A stretch of 64,000 bases of DNA from Tubulanus polymorphus (Eukaryota; Animalia; Nemertea). Made by a program: the position numbers and the translations under genes. Each line of letters starts with the position of its first letter. Within the stretch, counting starts at the first letter, position 1. Positions 1 through 13,566 of the stretch are shown here, in pieces. The notes beneath the pieces were generated by a model. It did not search any database, had not been told where the DNA came from, and was given only the letters and a program-made list of their open reading frames with translations. The DNA lies in contig NC_134029.1 in assembly GCF_964204645.1 (NCBI RefSeq), positions 10,256,850-10,320,849 on the forward strand, read 5' to 3'.

Positions 1-600
1 GAAAATATAATTGACATAAGGAGCTCAATCCGATTAGACAGATAGCTTTCGATCGTCGCTTCCTCGATGACTATAATATCGATGTATATGTTGGTCGATA
101 GTACTATGACCTGGTAAAACCTGATTACTTGGAGCAGCTATTATCTTAAGCATCTTGTTTGTAATGAGATTATCCTTTCATGCTTGTCAAGGTTTCTTCA
201 TAGCCATTAGAATCTTGTATACATCTCCATAACCAATAGGATGAGTAACCTCTATCTGCAGCTATTGGAGAAATGGTGACAGGCATAGCCGGTGATTCTG
301 TGTGATTCCATATTTTTGGCATTGGTTCTTAGAAAGTGGTTTCCTATACGGGATCGATGTATATCGGGATCACTGACTAGAATTTGATACCCAAAAGTTT
401 TTTATGAGCCTCCAGTATCGTTTAGAGTTTGTGCTATGATCATCAAGGTTTTGAAGAATTCTAGCATGAAAAGCCAAAACGATTTCCCGACCCACCACAG
501 TAACCCAAACCCAGTTTTTATTACATTTATACAAACGATTTCTCGAAGTAATAGCACGTTGCACTCTATCTGCAATGCAAAGTCCGCCATTTCTTTTATG
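1..600 (-). mobile_element. Highly degraded non-LTR retrotransposon fragment
   Basis: Peptide LDDHSTNSKRYWRLIKNF resembles the LINE endonuclease-RT linker; many stops. Confidence 0.35.
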
Positions 601-682
601 CTTGATCACCCGGTTAGGAATACAAAATTTTGAGAAACTTCGCAACTGTGAGGCACAATAATAGCCATATGAAGTTTGTAAT

Positions 683-969
683 TATGGTGGCTGATAAGGG
701 CCATAGCGTAAAATTCCTGGTATTCAAATCAAGGCGCCAGAACGTCAGTACGCCAAAACGAAAAAAAGGTCCAATTTTCTCTGAAAGTCCGTTTTGGCGC
801 CCCGAATTTTCTTTTTGAATTTTCTTTTTGTTTTGGCGCGCTTAAACGAATTTTCAAAGAAAATGAGACGGTTTTTTTTCGTTTTGGCGTTCTGGTATGA
901 AATTCCTGGGATGCATATCAGGATATGCATACCAGGAATTTCACGCTATGGCCCGAATCAGCCACCATA
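683..969. mobile_element. Non-autonomous IS3EU-like DNA transposon (MITE)
   Basis: TIRs tatggtggctgataagggccata / tatggcccgaatcagccaccata with extended subterminal inverted similarity. 6-bp TSD tgtaat at 677-682 and 970-975. TAY..RTA termini plus a 6-bp TSD are the IS3EU signature. Confidence 0.8.
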
Positions 970-2313
970 TGTAATCGTTAACAACGGTGCTTCAATCAAG
1001 TTCGTTTATAGTTTCATTGAGCATGGTCGAGTCACAAAGATCATAACTCCTGATAATTATGAGTTATCGGGTATAGGGAGTTTGACGAACAAATCGAAAG
1101 CAAAGTGCAATGATACAAAAAGCCAATTGGGGATCGATATAAAAAGAAATGAAGCCAGCAGAATCGGTCACTAAGATCAATGTATGAATTCGATCTTTGG
1201 GTTATACGAGCATGTTCACTGACGAGCTAATTTAGATTGAGGCTTTTAAGAATATCGTTAAACCCTTTTAAGAACAAGACTGCTAGGTCTATAAAGAACC
1301 GTTGTCTACCCCAACTGAAGGATTCTGTTAAATTTCTATCGGAATAGTATTTCATTACACTAAAAATCAATTCTAATGCAGAACGATTATTGAAAAGGCA
1401 CAAGCATAACGGCGCGACAATTCCCTTCAAATAGACACATTTTTTCTTTCACTTTGTATAAAGCCGTGACAAAGGCAATACCCCGCTACGTATACATTTT
1501 TGCGATGCGAAGTCGTGCACCAAAATGTCAGCAGTTGGCATCACGGAACGATTTTGAAGTGCGTGCTTGCAGGAACGAGCAGAATTTTACTTCGATTGAA
1601 TTGAAATTCAATATTGAAAATTCTACATTCTTATGGTATATTGGCATATTCGTTAGAATGTTCAAAGATTCAAACACATAAATGGAAAAACTCATAAAAT
1701 CATAGAATTTCCAATCGATTTTTCGCGAACACCGTTTCAAAAACATCACAGTACTTTAGATTATTAGGTTCCTATTGTTTTGACTCATAGCATGCGACGA
1801 TTTTAACCCAGAGCCCGATTTTGAGTCATCCTACTCCGCCATCCTGAATCTATTTCGATTATTTTTGTAAACTTTTCTTATGTCAATTTCATAGATATAA
1901 GCGAGAAGATAGTTTTACCACAAAACTCGTTTATTTCTAAAAATAATAATAAAACATTAATAAACAGTCTCCCTTCCCTCCCCCAACAGGTGGATTTTAT
2001 AAGCGAATTGATTTACGCCGAATTTTATGTATAGTGTGCCATGGGCCGTGAGGTATTTCGGCGAATCGAACATTCTATTTACCAGAGCTAAATATTAATG
2101 CTCGATTTCTAATAAGCGATTGCCAAATGTTAGACTTGTACATGTACGTAATATGAGAGATAGTGGATAACGTGTATAATTGTAGTTCGCATTGTTATTG
2201 AAAATCATGTTTAATGGATTATCGGTATTTCAGGCTTCACCCGAGATTTTTACGTCGTAATATGTAATATCCACACACCAGATGATTACATTAACTATCA
2301 AAATCGGTTTATT

Positions 2314-2547
2314 GGAGAGGGAGAGGGAGAGGGAGAGGGAGAGGGAGAGGGAGAGGGAGAGGGAGAGGGAGAGGGAGAGGGAGAGGCAGAGGGAGAGGCA
2401 GAGGGAGAGGCAGAGGGAGAGGCAGAGGGAGAGGCAGAGGGAGAGGCAGTAGGAGAGGCAGTAGGAGAGGCAGAGGGAGAGGCAGAGGGAGAGGCAGAGG
2501 GAGAGGCAGAGGGAGAGGAAGAGGGAGAGGCAGAGGGAGAGGGAGAG
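2314..2547 (+). repeat. (GGGAGA)n / (GGCAGAGGGAGA)n purine-rich tandem repeat
   Basis: Directly visible hexamer array changing into a 12-mer variant. Confidence 0.95.
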
Positions 2548-3072
2548 TTATTTCGAAAAATTATTTCGAGAAATTATTTCGTTTTTGCGCGCTAAAGATT
2601 CGTTTTTGGGTGCTATTTATATATGGCCCGAATCAGCCATCATACTACACCCTGTCATTTTTGAACAGGTTAAGTTTTTAAAGTTGTGAAACTCGGCAAT
2701 GGAATAAGACCACATAAGGCCATCTTCAGTCTGTATGTTTCATATAGTCTCTATAGCATCCATTGCAGTTTTAGCGATTAGGATACATTTTCTAATATGC
2801 CCACTTGGTGGAGATTAGGTAAAATAATGAATTCATACTCTAGAATATTAGTTATATGATATCATAATTCATATGACACACAATCTCAGATTATCTCTAA
2901 TAATGCGCCGATCCGAAAAGTGACGTGCACTGTGGTTGTACTTCCGGTTTGTATTCATGTACAAAGTGCAAACATGCTTAGTAAAAACGACGAAGTCGTT
3001 TCTAAATGCAATAAAGTACACATTTAGACCTACCATATCCAACGACACAACAGCAGCAACAACGGTAATGTC

Positions 3073-3209
3073 CAGGGCCGTACCCAGCGGGTAGCAGATA
3101 TTTTGGAGAAATACCCTTTTAGCAAATTTTATTGTCTTATCCTAACTGCACTTTTTGGTTTCTCTGCCCCTCCAACCCCAACAAATTTTAAATGCTAGGT
3201 ACGGCCCCG
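3073..3209. mobile_element. Short hAT-like MITE with 5-bp TSD
   Basis: TIRs cagggccgtacccagc / gctaggtacggccccg; atgtc duplicated at 3068-3072 and 3210-3214. Confidence 0.7.
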
Positions 3210-3244
3210 ATGTCAACTCCATAAAAAGTATTTCAATCACATAC

Positions 3245-3509
3245 CAACTTGTTCTTCACAATCATTTTTTGGTCCAGATTTGTTGATGTAGTTTGGGTTT
3301 TCGACGACGTTGATCGCATGTAATGAGCTTAACGGCATTAGTTCGGACATAGTTAGTTTATTGATATCAGCTGTAGCTGCCCTGTAGCCTAATTTACCTC
3401 GTGGACAATAACCGGAATCTGAGTGCTGCCTGTATCGACAATACAGCGCTACGCCTATGAACAACGCTACGGTAAAACCTACGATCGTAGCTGGCACGAC
3501 GATCGTCAA
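3245..3509 (-). CDS. Trk: Trk-like receptor exon 10: transmembrane helix + juxtamembrane NPxY (Shc-binding) motif; gene continues left of the window
   Basis: tttttag acceptor. LTIVVPATIVGFTVALFIGVALY (TM), then CRYR stop-transfer, then VVENPNY (cf. Trk IENPQY). Donor gtatgt, phase 1. No GxGxFG kinase exon seen in 1-3244. Confidence 0.9.
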
Positions 3510-3780
3510 CTAAAAAGAATAGGACAGTAGGAATTTCAGCAGGTCGTCAAATATCTAGGAGTATTCAATGTGTTATGTCAATAGTTAGTAATAAGTATAC
3601 GGAGCTAAATCAAGATGATTGATACGCTTGCTATAACAGGTTGGTTTCGTCACAAAAAGACTGGAAATATGATATACGTAAGAATATCACCAAGTAAGCG
3701 CATACGCCAATATGATTCATTTTTTCTATGGCCTGAATCAGCCGCCATTAATTCTATGATAGTAATATACTTGCATTCAC

Positions 3781-3905
3781 TGCAGGTGGCAGTTGTTTCT
3801 CGTCGGATTTTTCATTAGTAACATCTTGTATAGGATAAAAGTTATTCGGAGGGGTTTCAATCGACGGTTGTTTCGGCCTATTGCTCGATCCGTGTGGTGA
3901 AAAAC
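3781..3905 (-). CDS. Trk: Trk-like receptor exon 9: Pro/Ser-rich extracellular stalk
   Basis: tttttcag acceptor. Open frame GFSPHGSSNRPKQPSIETPPNNFYPIQDVTNEKSDEKQLPPA supplies the required phase 1 to 0 bridge between exons 8 and 10. Donor gtgaat is weak; an in-phase GC donor (gcaagt) 6 nt further on is an alternative. Confidence 0.75.
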
Positions 3906-4209
3906 CTGAAAAATAACCAGGATACTCAAATATATGATACTAGTACGGAAGCGATAAAGCTAGACTGTAAGAAATATTAGATTTATTGACATTTCGTTTG
4001 ACACATATTATATAATATGGTATCATCATCGCTATTAGAGCTTTATTTTGATTGTTTACTACTTTTTATACAGGAAGACCCTCATGACTACTCTTTTCCT
4101 CACACGCTCCCACGGTTAACCGAATTTGTTAAAACGTCTGGGAAGATTGAAATGAATGTTACTGGAGCCATTATTGAGATATACGTCTGGAAAGTTTGGT
4201 AAAGCAAAC

Positions 4210-4368
4210 CTGATTTGTAAAAAGTAGCATTGACTGTGATGTTAGCTTCTCCGTGCTTATTCGCTACAACTATCGTATAGAATCCATTGTTTCCATAATG
4301 TGTATGCTTGAATTTCAAGCAAGCGTGATAACTTCCTTTTTCCGGTTCGACTTTCACCAGCAATTCCT
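4210..4368 (-). CDS. Trk: Trk-like receptor exon 8: C-terminal half of Ig2
   Basis: 159-nt phase 1-1 exon, ttttag acceptor and weak gtttgc donor. YHACLKFKHTHYGNNGFYTIVVANKHGEANITVNATF matches Trk HGCLxLxxPTHxNNGxYTLxAxNxxG. Confidence 0.9.
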
Positions 4369-5814
4369 CTAAAACACAAATTAACCTCAGTTGAGAATAC
4401 GAAAATTTTGTGAAATTATTATCGAGTAACGATATATTGATTAATCTGAATGTTGATATAGTATATGAAGATTAGCCCGCATTCCTCGCATTTTGAAATA
4501 CGACCACCTCACTTATGATTCATCGTTTTAAAGAAATAGCCTACTATAGAATTTCCCATGATATGTAAGATGCATTCTACATTACTATGTTCTGGCCGGT
4601 ATGTCTTGGGGCGTTTTCACATCATACAGAAAATCCGAACCATACCCTCCCTACGGATTTTTTATTTCGTCAAGTTGGGAATGCGTTGTTAGCATAGTCA
4701 AATATGAGACGAGCAGGATTGAATGAAGGAAAGAACTGGTCTTTAGATATCGCGTGTGTATCAATTTATCAATTTTCAGGGAAAAGTCTCTTAATCCCAT
4801 TAGCAGATATAGACGAAAATGCGTTTTCCAGCAATTTGTAGGTGGCGCTTTTAGAAAATCATAAAATTTACCCAGTTGCGATGCATTAAAACAAGTGTCT
4901 TGCCTAGAGCTATCGAACATCACTGCAGGTCCACTATTCTTTTTCTCACGGTTAAGGAGCAAAACCTTCATTAAAATAAGAATCCAAATTGCTTTGACGC
5001 TGCGGCCATGAACAATATCATCAACCGACGCTATTCAAGTAACCCTCACGCATTCTATGCAATAAAGAAGTTTCCAGTTTCTAGGCGCCATTTTGTGGCG
5101 GTCCCGCGAGGTCCCCATTGTTGCGATAATTTGCGCTCATTTTTAAAACATAAGTTTAGATTGAATATCATATAGTTCTGCAGTCCCTTGCTCGACGAAA
5201 TCAATTTACACACCATTTTAAAGGAAATGAAATGCAGATATTTGCTGGCGATTCTTGGAATTTTTGAACGCAACAATTGAGAACAGTGACGATGTGAAAC
5301 CAAGGACCGCATATCTTAACCGTGCGTAAAAGAAATCGCAATATTTATTAATTTTAAAATATCTAAGTATCTCTTAAAGCTATATTTCCAATTTTCACAG
5401 AGGTTAAAGAGGGTTATTAAAGCCTGCGTTGAATTTTCTAAAATATCTTTCCTGACGACTGATCTGTACCCGCTTGAGTTTGTGATTACGCGCAAAAGGG
5501 GTCTCCCACTGCGCACTGTAAATGCGAAGACCTCGGGGGCATTATGTTCTCTAAAGCCCGACATTATCCCACATTCGGGACTGTGAATGGGTTGATTTTA
5601 CGGCTGAGTCGACATGTTTCAACAATTTTTAACTGTTCATTTTTGAATATTTGAAGACTTATGAACTAAAAATTACTTAAATTTTTGATTTATTTTGAGA
5701 AAGTCACAAAACATTTGAGACTGCGTTAATAGTGGTGCGGATTCTTATGAACGCAAACGGTTCGAGACACGTGCGATGATGATAATAAAAACGTTGGTAA
5801 ATATACTAGCTATC

Positions 5815-7815
5815 AGCCCGGAGGCCACAGCGTAGTTGACTATGCGATTATAGATTATAAGTTAGTTACATGTCTTACTAGGTAATTAATATTTCAGAAC
5901 AACTTCCTTTCACTGACCATTCTATCATCCAAATCTCAATACGTAGCCAATTTAATGATATTGAACCAAACAATTCTTCAAATGCGTCTGTTAACAATAC
6001 AACTATTTGCAAAAAAATTAGGTGGCGTAAAGCGAAGGAAGAAGATTTTTGTCAGTACATTGGATCAGACCATGCTCAGTCAACGCTCAATGATATAATC
6101 AACTCTGGCGTCAATAGAAACCATGACATTTTTTTTGTTTTTTTTTTGTTAGCGCTATAGACATATTGGTGAATGAATTCTCCTCGTGCTTACAATTAGC
6201 CGTCAGTGACATACACGACCCAGCTATATGTGACCGCGCAACTAGTCGGCCGAGAACCTGGTATAATGCCACATGCAGAAAAGCCAGAACTAAATTCAGT
6301 CGAGCAGTACATAGGTACAAATTGTACTCTAGCGAAATTAATCACTATTTGGTAAGAGAGGCCAGGGCTGAGTATAAAACTGCCATAAATAATGCTAAAA
6401 GAACTTTCGAGGAACAGAATCTAAACGATTTACTGGAGGATTTGCAATCCGGTAATACCCGAAATACCCGTATGGTAAAGGTTTAAAGGTTGTAAGCACG
6501 AGGAGAACATTCTGCCTAATCCCGAGGCACTGTATACACATTTTCAGAATCTTTCATACCAAAATGATAAGGAGGGAGATTTATTCGATGATTTTCTGGA
6601 TGCTGATCATATGCTTGATATGCCTATTACACAAGACGAAGTCTCGGGCTATAAAATCGCTTAAAAGAAACAAATCAGTCGGTATTGATGGCCTAAAAGG
6701 TGACATTTTTATAGCCGGTGGGAACTCGATTTTACAACAGTTAACTATTTTATTCAACATTATTTTAGACAGCGGTATCTACCCTGAATCTTGGAGCTTG
6801 GGATATATTGTTCCTATTCATAAAAGTGGTTTACGTAATGTAGCTAATAACTATAGGGGTATCGCCCTCTTATCAGTGTTTGGAAAACTATTTTCTACCA
6901 TATTAAACAGTGGTTATCCTCCTGGTGCGATGCATTCTCCATTGTAAGCGCATCTCAAGCGGGTTTCCGATAGTCATATAGCACGAATGATCAAATTTTT
7001 GTTTTGAATGCTATCATAAATCATGTAGTTTACGTTAAACATAGAAAGCTCTATGTAGCCTTTTTTAGATTTTACGAAAGCTTTCGATCTGGTAGACCGA
7101 AGAAAGCTTCTTCAACAACTTGTATTATCTGGTATCGACGGAAAGATTTTACTAATTATAAAATCTATGTACACAAATACAAGATCTTGTATCAAGGCTA
7201 ACGATACATTTTCAAATTTTTGTACCTGTAATGTAGGGGTGCGACAAGGAGAATGTTTATCTCCTTTACTATCCTCCTTGTTTATCAATGACATGGAGGA
7301 ATGTAATCCGATCGGAAAACTATGAAGGTATTGACATTGGATTGTGATGCTACTCCTTTATGCAGATGATACAGCCGTATTAGCTGATTCTGAGGGAAAT
7401 TAACAAGATGCTCTCAATAGTATTTATGAATATTGCAGATTAAAAGGTTTAGATATTAGTTACGATAAAACGAAGATCGTAATATACCGTATCGGAAATC
7501 TATCAATACAAGGTTACCTAATTTTTATATAAATAGACGACTCATTGAGTGTACTAATAGTTTCAAATACCTTGGTCTTGTATTTAACTTTAATGGCAAA
7601 CATAAAGCAGCCATAGATGCCATCTTAATTAAGTAAAGGAGTAGCATCCTATCAATATGCATTTTTGAAAGATATACAAGAATTCCCAAATATTACGTCG
7701 GAGTTAGCCTTAAAATTTTTTTAAAGTATGGTCGTACCTGTGCTTCAGTACGGGTGTAAAATATGGGGTTTCCAACATCAGCAGAAATTGGAGAGGATAG
7801 TGACTAAGTACTGTG
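5815..7815 (+). mobile_element. Degraded LINE (RTEX-like) ORF2 fragment: end of endonuclease, linker, RT
   Basis: Motifs SVVDYAI, FTDHS, WYNATCRKAR, KSVGIDG, NNYRGIALLSVFGKLF, GVRQGECLSPLL, LLYADD across frameshifts and stops. Related to the 33368-38800 element. Confidence 0.9.
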
Positions 7816-8683
7816 AACTGTAGTCTGAACCAGTCGTTGTTACCGGTTCACTACAACGTCTGACGCAAAAGTATCATATAGAGGTTGACTCCTGTTAATT
7901 GCAATGTAACGACTGATTTTACTGTCAAATCAAACCTTTGTACTAAAACAAATAAATTAGTTACCTTATTGACCTTGAAAACGTGTTTTATAACAATATT
8001 TTTGATGATTTAAATCGCAAACCGGAGAATTTATTGATTTGATTTGAATTGATTGCCAAAATCGGGATTTCCAATACGGACTAAATTAATAACATGCAAA
8101 AATTCAATATGTCTCTCTAAAATTACTCTAAATGTTATTTTTTGTTGATTAAACGCATAAATTTTGGTCAATCTTAACCTAAGAATTTGAAACAAGAAAA
8201 ATATCTGCATTGGCATCAACGTCAGTCCAAGTTGAAGTCCAGTCCGTATTCTACACTCCCACCATGCACCACGAAACGCCACCATATTTGTTATGTTGCT
8301 TCACTTCAACAATCTTTAAGGCGAACTAGTCAAAAGTTTTGAGCTACTACGATCGTCAAAAGCTACTTAGGATTACAAATTTATGCACAAACAATAGTTA
8401 ACTTCCATCTGATTACAGAACTGTCAGTTTGATGTAAGTTGATGGTGTCTTAAGGGGTGAAATAGACGCTCAAAGCCTCGTCCCTCAAAATGAAGGACGA
8501 AAATTAACCTTTTATGAGCACTTTCGCCCTAGACGTTGTTTGTAGAACGACGGCTAGGTACAAGACTATGTTAACTGCTAATGGGAGTTAAACAAACTAC
8601 ACCGGATTTCTTTGTGAATTTGGTATTTTTCCTCTTTTCGTACAATTAAACTAAACTAAATTACATAAAAGGTCTCTCACTAA

Positions 8684-8793
<110 letters not shown>

Positions 8794-8811
8794 CATAATT
8801 TTGTATATTAC

Positions 8812-8952
8812 CTATGTTGCCGTATGGTCTCTTGAGTAGTTTATTATTGAATAGTATCGACTTCAGTTCGGGCATCGGCATTCCATGGACAGAATACCGT
8901 ATGCACCAACTAAAATAACTCATAAATCCTCCGCTAACGATCGTAGGTGCAC
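8812..8952 (-). CDS. Trk: Trk-like receptor exon 7: N-terminal half of Ig2 (ligand-binding d5)
   Basis: 141-nt phase 1-1 exon, tttcag acceptor and gtaata donor. APTIVSGGFMSYFSWCIRYSVHGMPMPEL matches the Trk APTI...HHWCIPFxVxGxPxP motif. Confidence 0.9.
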
Positions 8953-9449
8953 CTGAAATGATACATGTGACATATGATATTGTATATCAGCTGATCATGC
9001 CATTTTCACGAAGACAGTCGGATTCAAGGAATCTCTTCGCATCGATCAGTAGGTCTTGTTACGAGAGCCTACCGTCGTAATTACGTATATCAATACTCGC
9101 AATATCCTTTAGCCATGTAAAACAATATTCAGGGTCTTCTGTCTAATTCGTTATTCTTGTAATTAAATGGTGTTTCATTTTTCGGAATATCACCGGAGCT
9201 TTTCCAGAATACTGAACATCAGTAAAATAGTGTCCCGACATATGGCAGGGTAATTAGATAATTAGATGCTTTCTAGACTAAGAATTAAGCGGAAATAGAG
9301 ATAAAAGAGTTTAAACTCGGACCTACGTTTACTGGGTATTCGGTCGGGCCGTTGTATTTGAAACGCTTTAGAGTAAAGATACTATACAAAAGTGGGTTAA
9401 ACTGCGAAAAGTTCATCGCAGAAAAAGATGCGAAAACCATTGTACGTAC

Positions 9450-9701
9450 ATCCAATGATGAGGCGGAAATCCTTCGTGGTACGTCCAACTTCGTTATCGG
9501 CAATGCATTTCAAATACCCGTTATCAAAACAATTTGCCGACAGAATGGTTAATTGGGCCAAATCGCGTGACGGGCCTTGGTGAATAAGGTACAGAGATTT
9601 CATATCGGGCACGACCCATCTGCCGCCATAGCAAGTAGCGTTCAGTTCCGAATTTTCGTGAACACTGACCTCCGTTGGTACAACCGTCACATTAGGGTAC
9701 A
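9450..9701 (-). CDS. Trk: Trk-like receptor exon 6: first Ig-like domain
   Basis: 252-nt phase 1-1 exon, gcag acceptor and gtacgt donor. YPNVTVVPTEVSVHENSELNATC...LTILSANCFDNGYLKCIADNEVG resembles Trk Ig1 (CxAENxVG). Confidence 0.88.
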
Positions 9702-12700
9702 CTGCAACGATAGATATAATAGTTACTGGTTTCCACTGAAATTCATTGATATAATTAATTGATATAATGAATTTGAAAGGCTGATGGCGGGACTTTTACA
9801 CCATTATCTATATATACTCAGGAAAAAAACAAAAACATCTCTCGGACAAAACTAAACTTGTCAACGGCCAAAATACAAAATGCATGTGCAATATATGATG
9901 TTCAAGGTTATACAAGTAGAAATTTATAAAAAGTATTGCACTGTGTTTGTGTGACTGAGAATCTATTATAGTGTTATTTTGAGGGTAGAGTTTGTGCATT
10001 CCTTCTCAACCAATCATGTTAACTGTTAAATTTTGAGATTATTTAAGTTTCTAGAGTATCTAGAGTAACTGCACACATTTTGTTCTGAGATTTTATCATG
10101 TAAGAGAAAGCGCAAAATATCGTCAGAATCGTCATCGAAATAAAGAAGTAATCAAAACGAGGATGTATCAATGTATTTTTGGCGAAGAAGGGCCATTACA
10201 TGTGATCTTTACTGCATAATGCTATTTCCAAACTTAGATATTAAATCAGGCAGCCAACAGAAATAAAACCCCAACCCGTCGCTTGCTGGTTTATGGTTTG
10301 AACATTGTTAACAAGAGCCATAACGATGATATTCAAATCATACGCCGTGGGGAAAAAGAATAGATGGCAAAAGTAATATTCTGATTCAATCTGTCCTTTG
10401 CCAGATCCATGGTGGCAGATTCGGTGAATGAGGTCATTTCATTTTTTTACAAAACAAAAGTTGTCATGAAGAAATAGCGGTTACATTTGACATCATTACT
10501 CTGGGCTTTCATCACAACTTGGCGAATCTATTCGAAACTGCTTATCGGCTAAGAAAAGCAAAATTGCTGCTTTTAATCCATCACAGGGCAGATTACTCTG
10601 TCGATATAACGTACACACAAATATCTAAGATGAGAAAGATGAGATGACAGTCAATCCATCCGGCCAACACATGTATTTGCAGATTATTCCCCAATGTTTT
10701 TCTCAGAAAATCCCCCAGAAGTGAAATATAAAGTTCATTTTTCACTCTTAGCCGTGGCTTTGTAAATGTTGTTGTGCATAAACAACTGAATGACTTAAAG
10801 GGTTAAGACAAGTCGAGGCAATCGACGCAATCGACGCAATCACGTGTGCAAAATGAGCAGGTTTCATACGCTACTTAATTCGTAAGCATAAGCAAAGATC
10901 TTTCTATGGAGTTTTGTGGAAATGGTTCCATCCCATCCGTATAAGTACGTAGATATAAATTAGAATGCTTTTTACTTATTGTAGATGGCACAAATGTTTT
11001 ATTCTTTTAATTAAGCTCGATGCACACTGCGGGGAAACATATTTCCTCGTGAGAAGGTGTTTGCGATGTGTTTTGTTTTGCCGAGTGCGCTGACGTCATA
11101 ACAGAAAACGCCAATCAGTAACAAGATAACAAGACAATTGATCTTAATAAATTATTTGACGCCTGCAAAAAAGTAGAATTTTTCGGGTAAGCTCATGTGG
11201 GAAAAATTTGAAATCGAAGTTCTAAATTTGGGGAATTATGACATTTGGCGATTGGGTAGATCTTCGACTGTAGGTAGTGGTTTAAAGTTTTTATTGAAAA
11301 TCGTCAATAATGATAACTTGCCACCGACTTCATTCACTTTTGACTCTAAGCTGGTCTGCAACTTCATTGCCTCCATGGTTGAGGAAAGAGCTCGCCTGAC
11401 GTCTGCTTTATCATGACTTTTGAGCATGGTGTGGCCTAGCCAGCCGGCCCAGTTCCGGTTTGGCTGTCACTCGATATCCTCTTGAGTTTGGGTTGAAGTA
11501 GACATTGTCATTTAAAATAACTTGTTTATGTTACTCTGCATGAATTACGCATGCGTCTTGTATGTTGTATTTTCTTATTTTAAAATTTGTAACGTTATTG
11601 AATTTGGGAATTTTATATGTAATAAGGATCAATAAAGAATTGAATTATCACCTAATACACATGCCATCAGAGGATGCGGAACCGTATATGACAGTTATGC
11701 TATTATAAATTGCTAATCTCATGAAACCTGCATAACCCTAATATCGAACATATTTTCTAAAACATTCGAATATTGAAATTACATGTCAACACATTTTTAT
11801 ATTGACCGCTTGTAGCCGCCGATGGAATTCACGCCGGCCCTACACAGATCTTAGATAGCTTCGTCATTCTACCAGCATCCCCATATGTCAGGGTCTTACT
11901 TAAATATCAGACTTCCAAATCGTGTATACATCCGCCATTTTGACCGAATAATCCGATTTACTTATCATTTCTATTTATGCCTGCCGCTTCTGATATAATC
12001 ATACATCCTGTACAATACAATACGTCTTCTCATGATATTCAATGCAATATCAAATTTCGACGTTCAAATAGAGCTCATTATATGATCACAGGAAGCCATT
12101 CTACATCTTCGTCAATAATATTTTGCATAATAGCTTGTATGTGTACACATAGACCTGTGACGTTTTGCATATCGATTTACGGTTGTCGTTTGTAAAATGA
12201 CGCTGAATGGTCCATGTTGTTTAGGTTTCATAATGGTAACGTTTTATAAGGCGTCAAAAAAAGTTTTGTGTCGTCGAAAACGTTTTTCTTCCCGTGCGCG
12301 TTGTATGTTTTCTGTTTTGCCAAACACCCAAGGCCGAATAACCAATCAGGGGATCACTGCATCACATGACATGCACTAAGTAACAGCGATACGAATAACT
12401 AAGTTTATTTTTGTAGCATGGATTCCATGATGCAAGAACTGTTTTCTACGCGTTTTGTTATGCCGCGTGCGTTTAATGTTTTATCGTCTGCGATTTGCGA
12501 GAAACAAAACGTTTTGTTGAAAAAGCTGTTTTCTGTTTTTATGAAACAAAATACAATATGCCGGGTGCGTCTGGGCGTTAGAAATAGTGACGTGTTAAAC
12601 TAGTGGAGTGTTCATCGTTTAGTTGTTCTATATTGTCCTTGCTACAATTATACGTATTATAGTATTTAGGAGTAAGCAGTGATACGTATATCATTTTGAT

Positions 12701-13566
12701 GGGGATTGCGAAACTTGTGTACACAAGTTACCGACGAAGACCGTTGGCGTTCCGGAACAAATATTTCTGTCAAACAATGTGTTTTTCATCACTATGTGAT
12801 TCCTTATGGCTTGCGTATTTATCTATTAGCTTTTCATTTAAATTGGCACTGATTTATTGCCCACAACTGTCATCATTGTTCATGACACCAAGCATCGGTG
12901 TTTATCACAACGTGTTGCAGGGAACAGTCTATCGACCATTGACCGCTCCTATCCAGTATCAATACACGCTCAAAAAGTTCGTGAGTCATTATTTCAGCGT
13001 CATTATGTAACACTACTGTAACATAACTTAGGAATCTTCCAATAATATAGGCTTTATAACGTTTAGTATGGTCATAATATGCGGCTCCGTTTCGTTGCGT
13101 TTCTCTGATGATGAGGTTTAGTTAAAATTTTCATCGTCAAAAGAATAAATCTCTATGTAATCAAATTGGATCATTTTGAAAAATTTTTGAACAATTGGGA
13201 ATTTATCAGACTACCAGTCATGCGGTTACGCCTCATGAGGCGCCGGAAACTTTCCAGGAAGTCACCTCAGGATCACTTAGAGGTAATTTCAACGTTTTGG
13301 GGTCCAAAATGGCCATCCAAATGCTTTACCTCAACATTTCTAACTTTTTTAAAACTATACAAACAATCATATATCTCGGTAGTTCCTATAATGACGCCCC
13401 GGGTAATAGTAAAGTGGGATGTGGGTGAGATTCTCTCCCACCTATAGAGCTGCTAAGTGATCGGGTTTTCTGCACCTTTCACATTCGAATTGAAGGGTTT
13501 CCTGTGAGCTTTAGGTGAAAACCCTAATATAAAATGATAAATCTTAGATACAGAAGGTAAACTTAC

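Noticed and set aside
1-3244. Trk kinase-domain exons
   Set aside because: No GxGxFG, VAVK, HRDLA or DFG coding segment was found by eye; they are presumed to lie outside the window.
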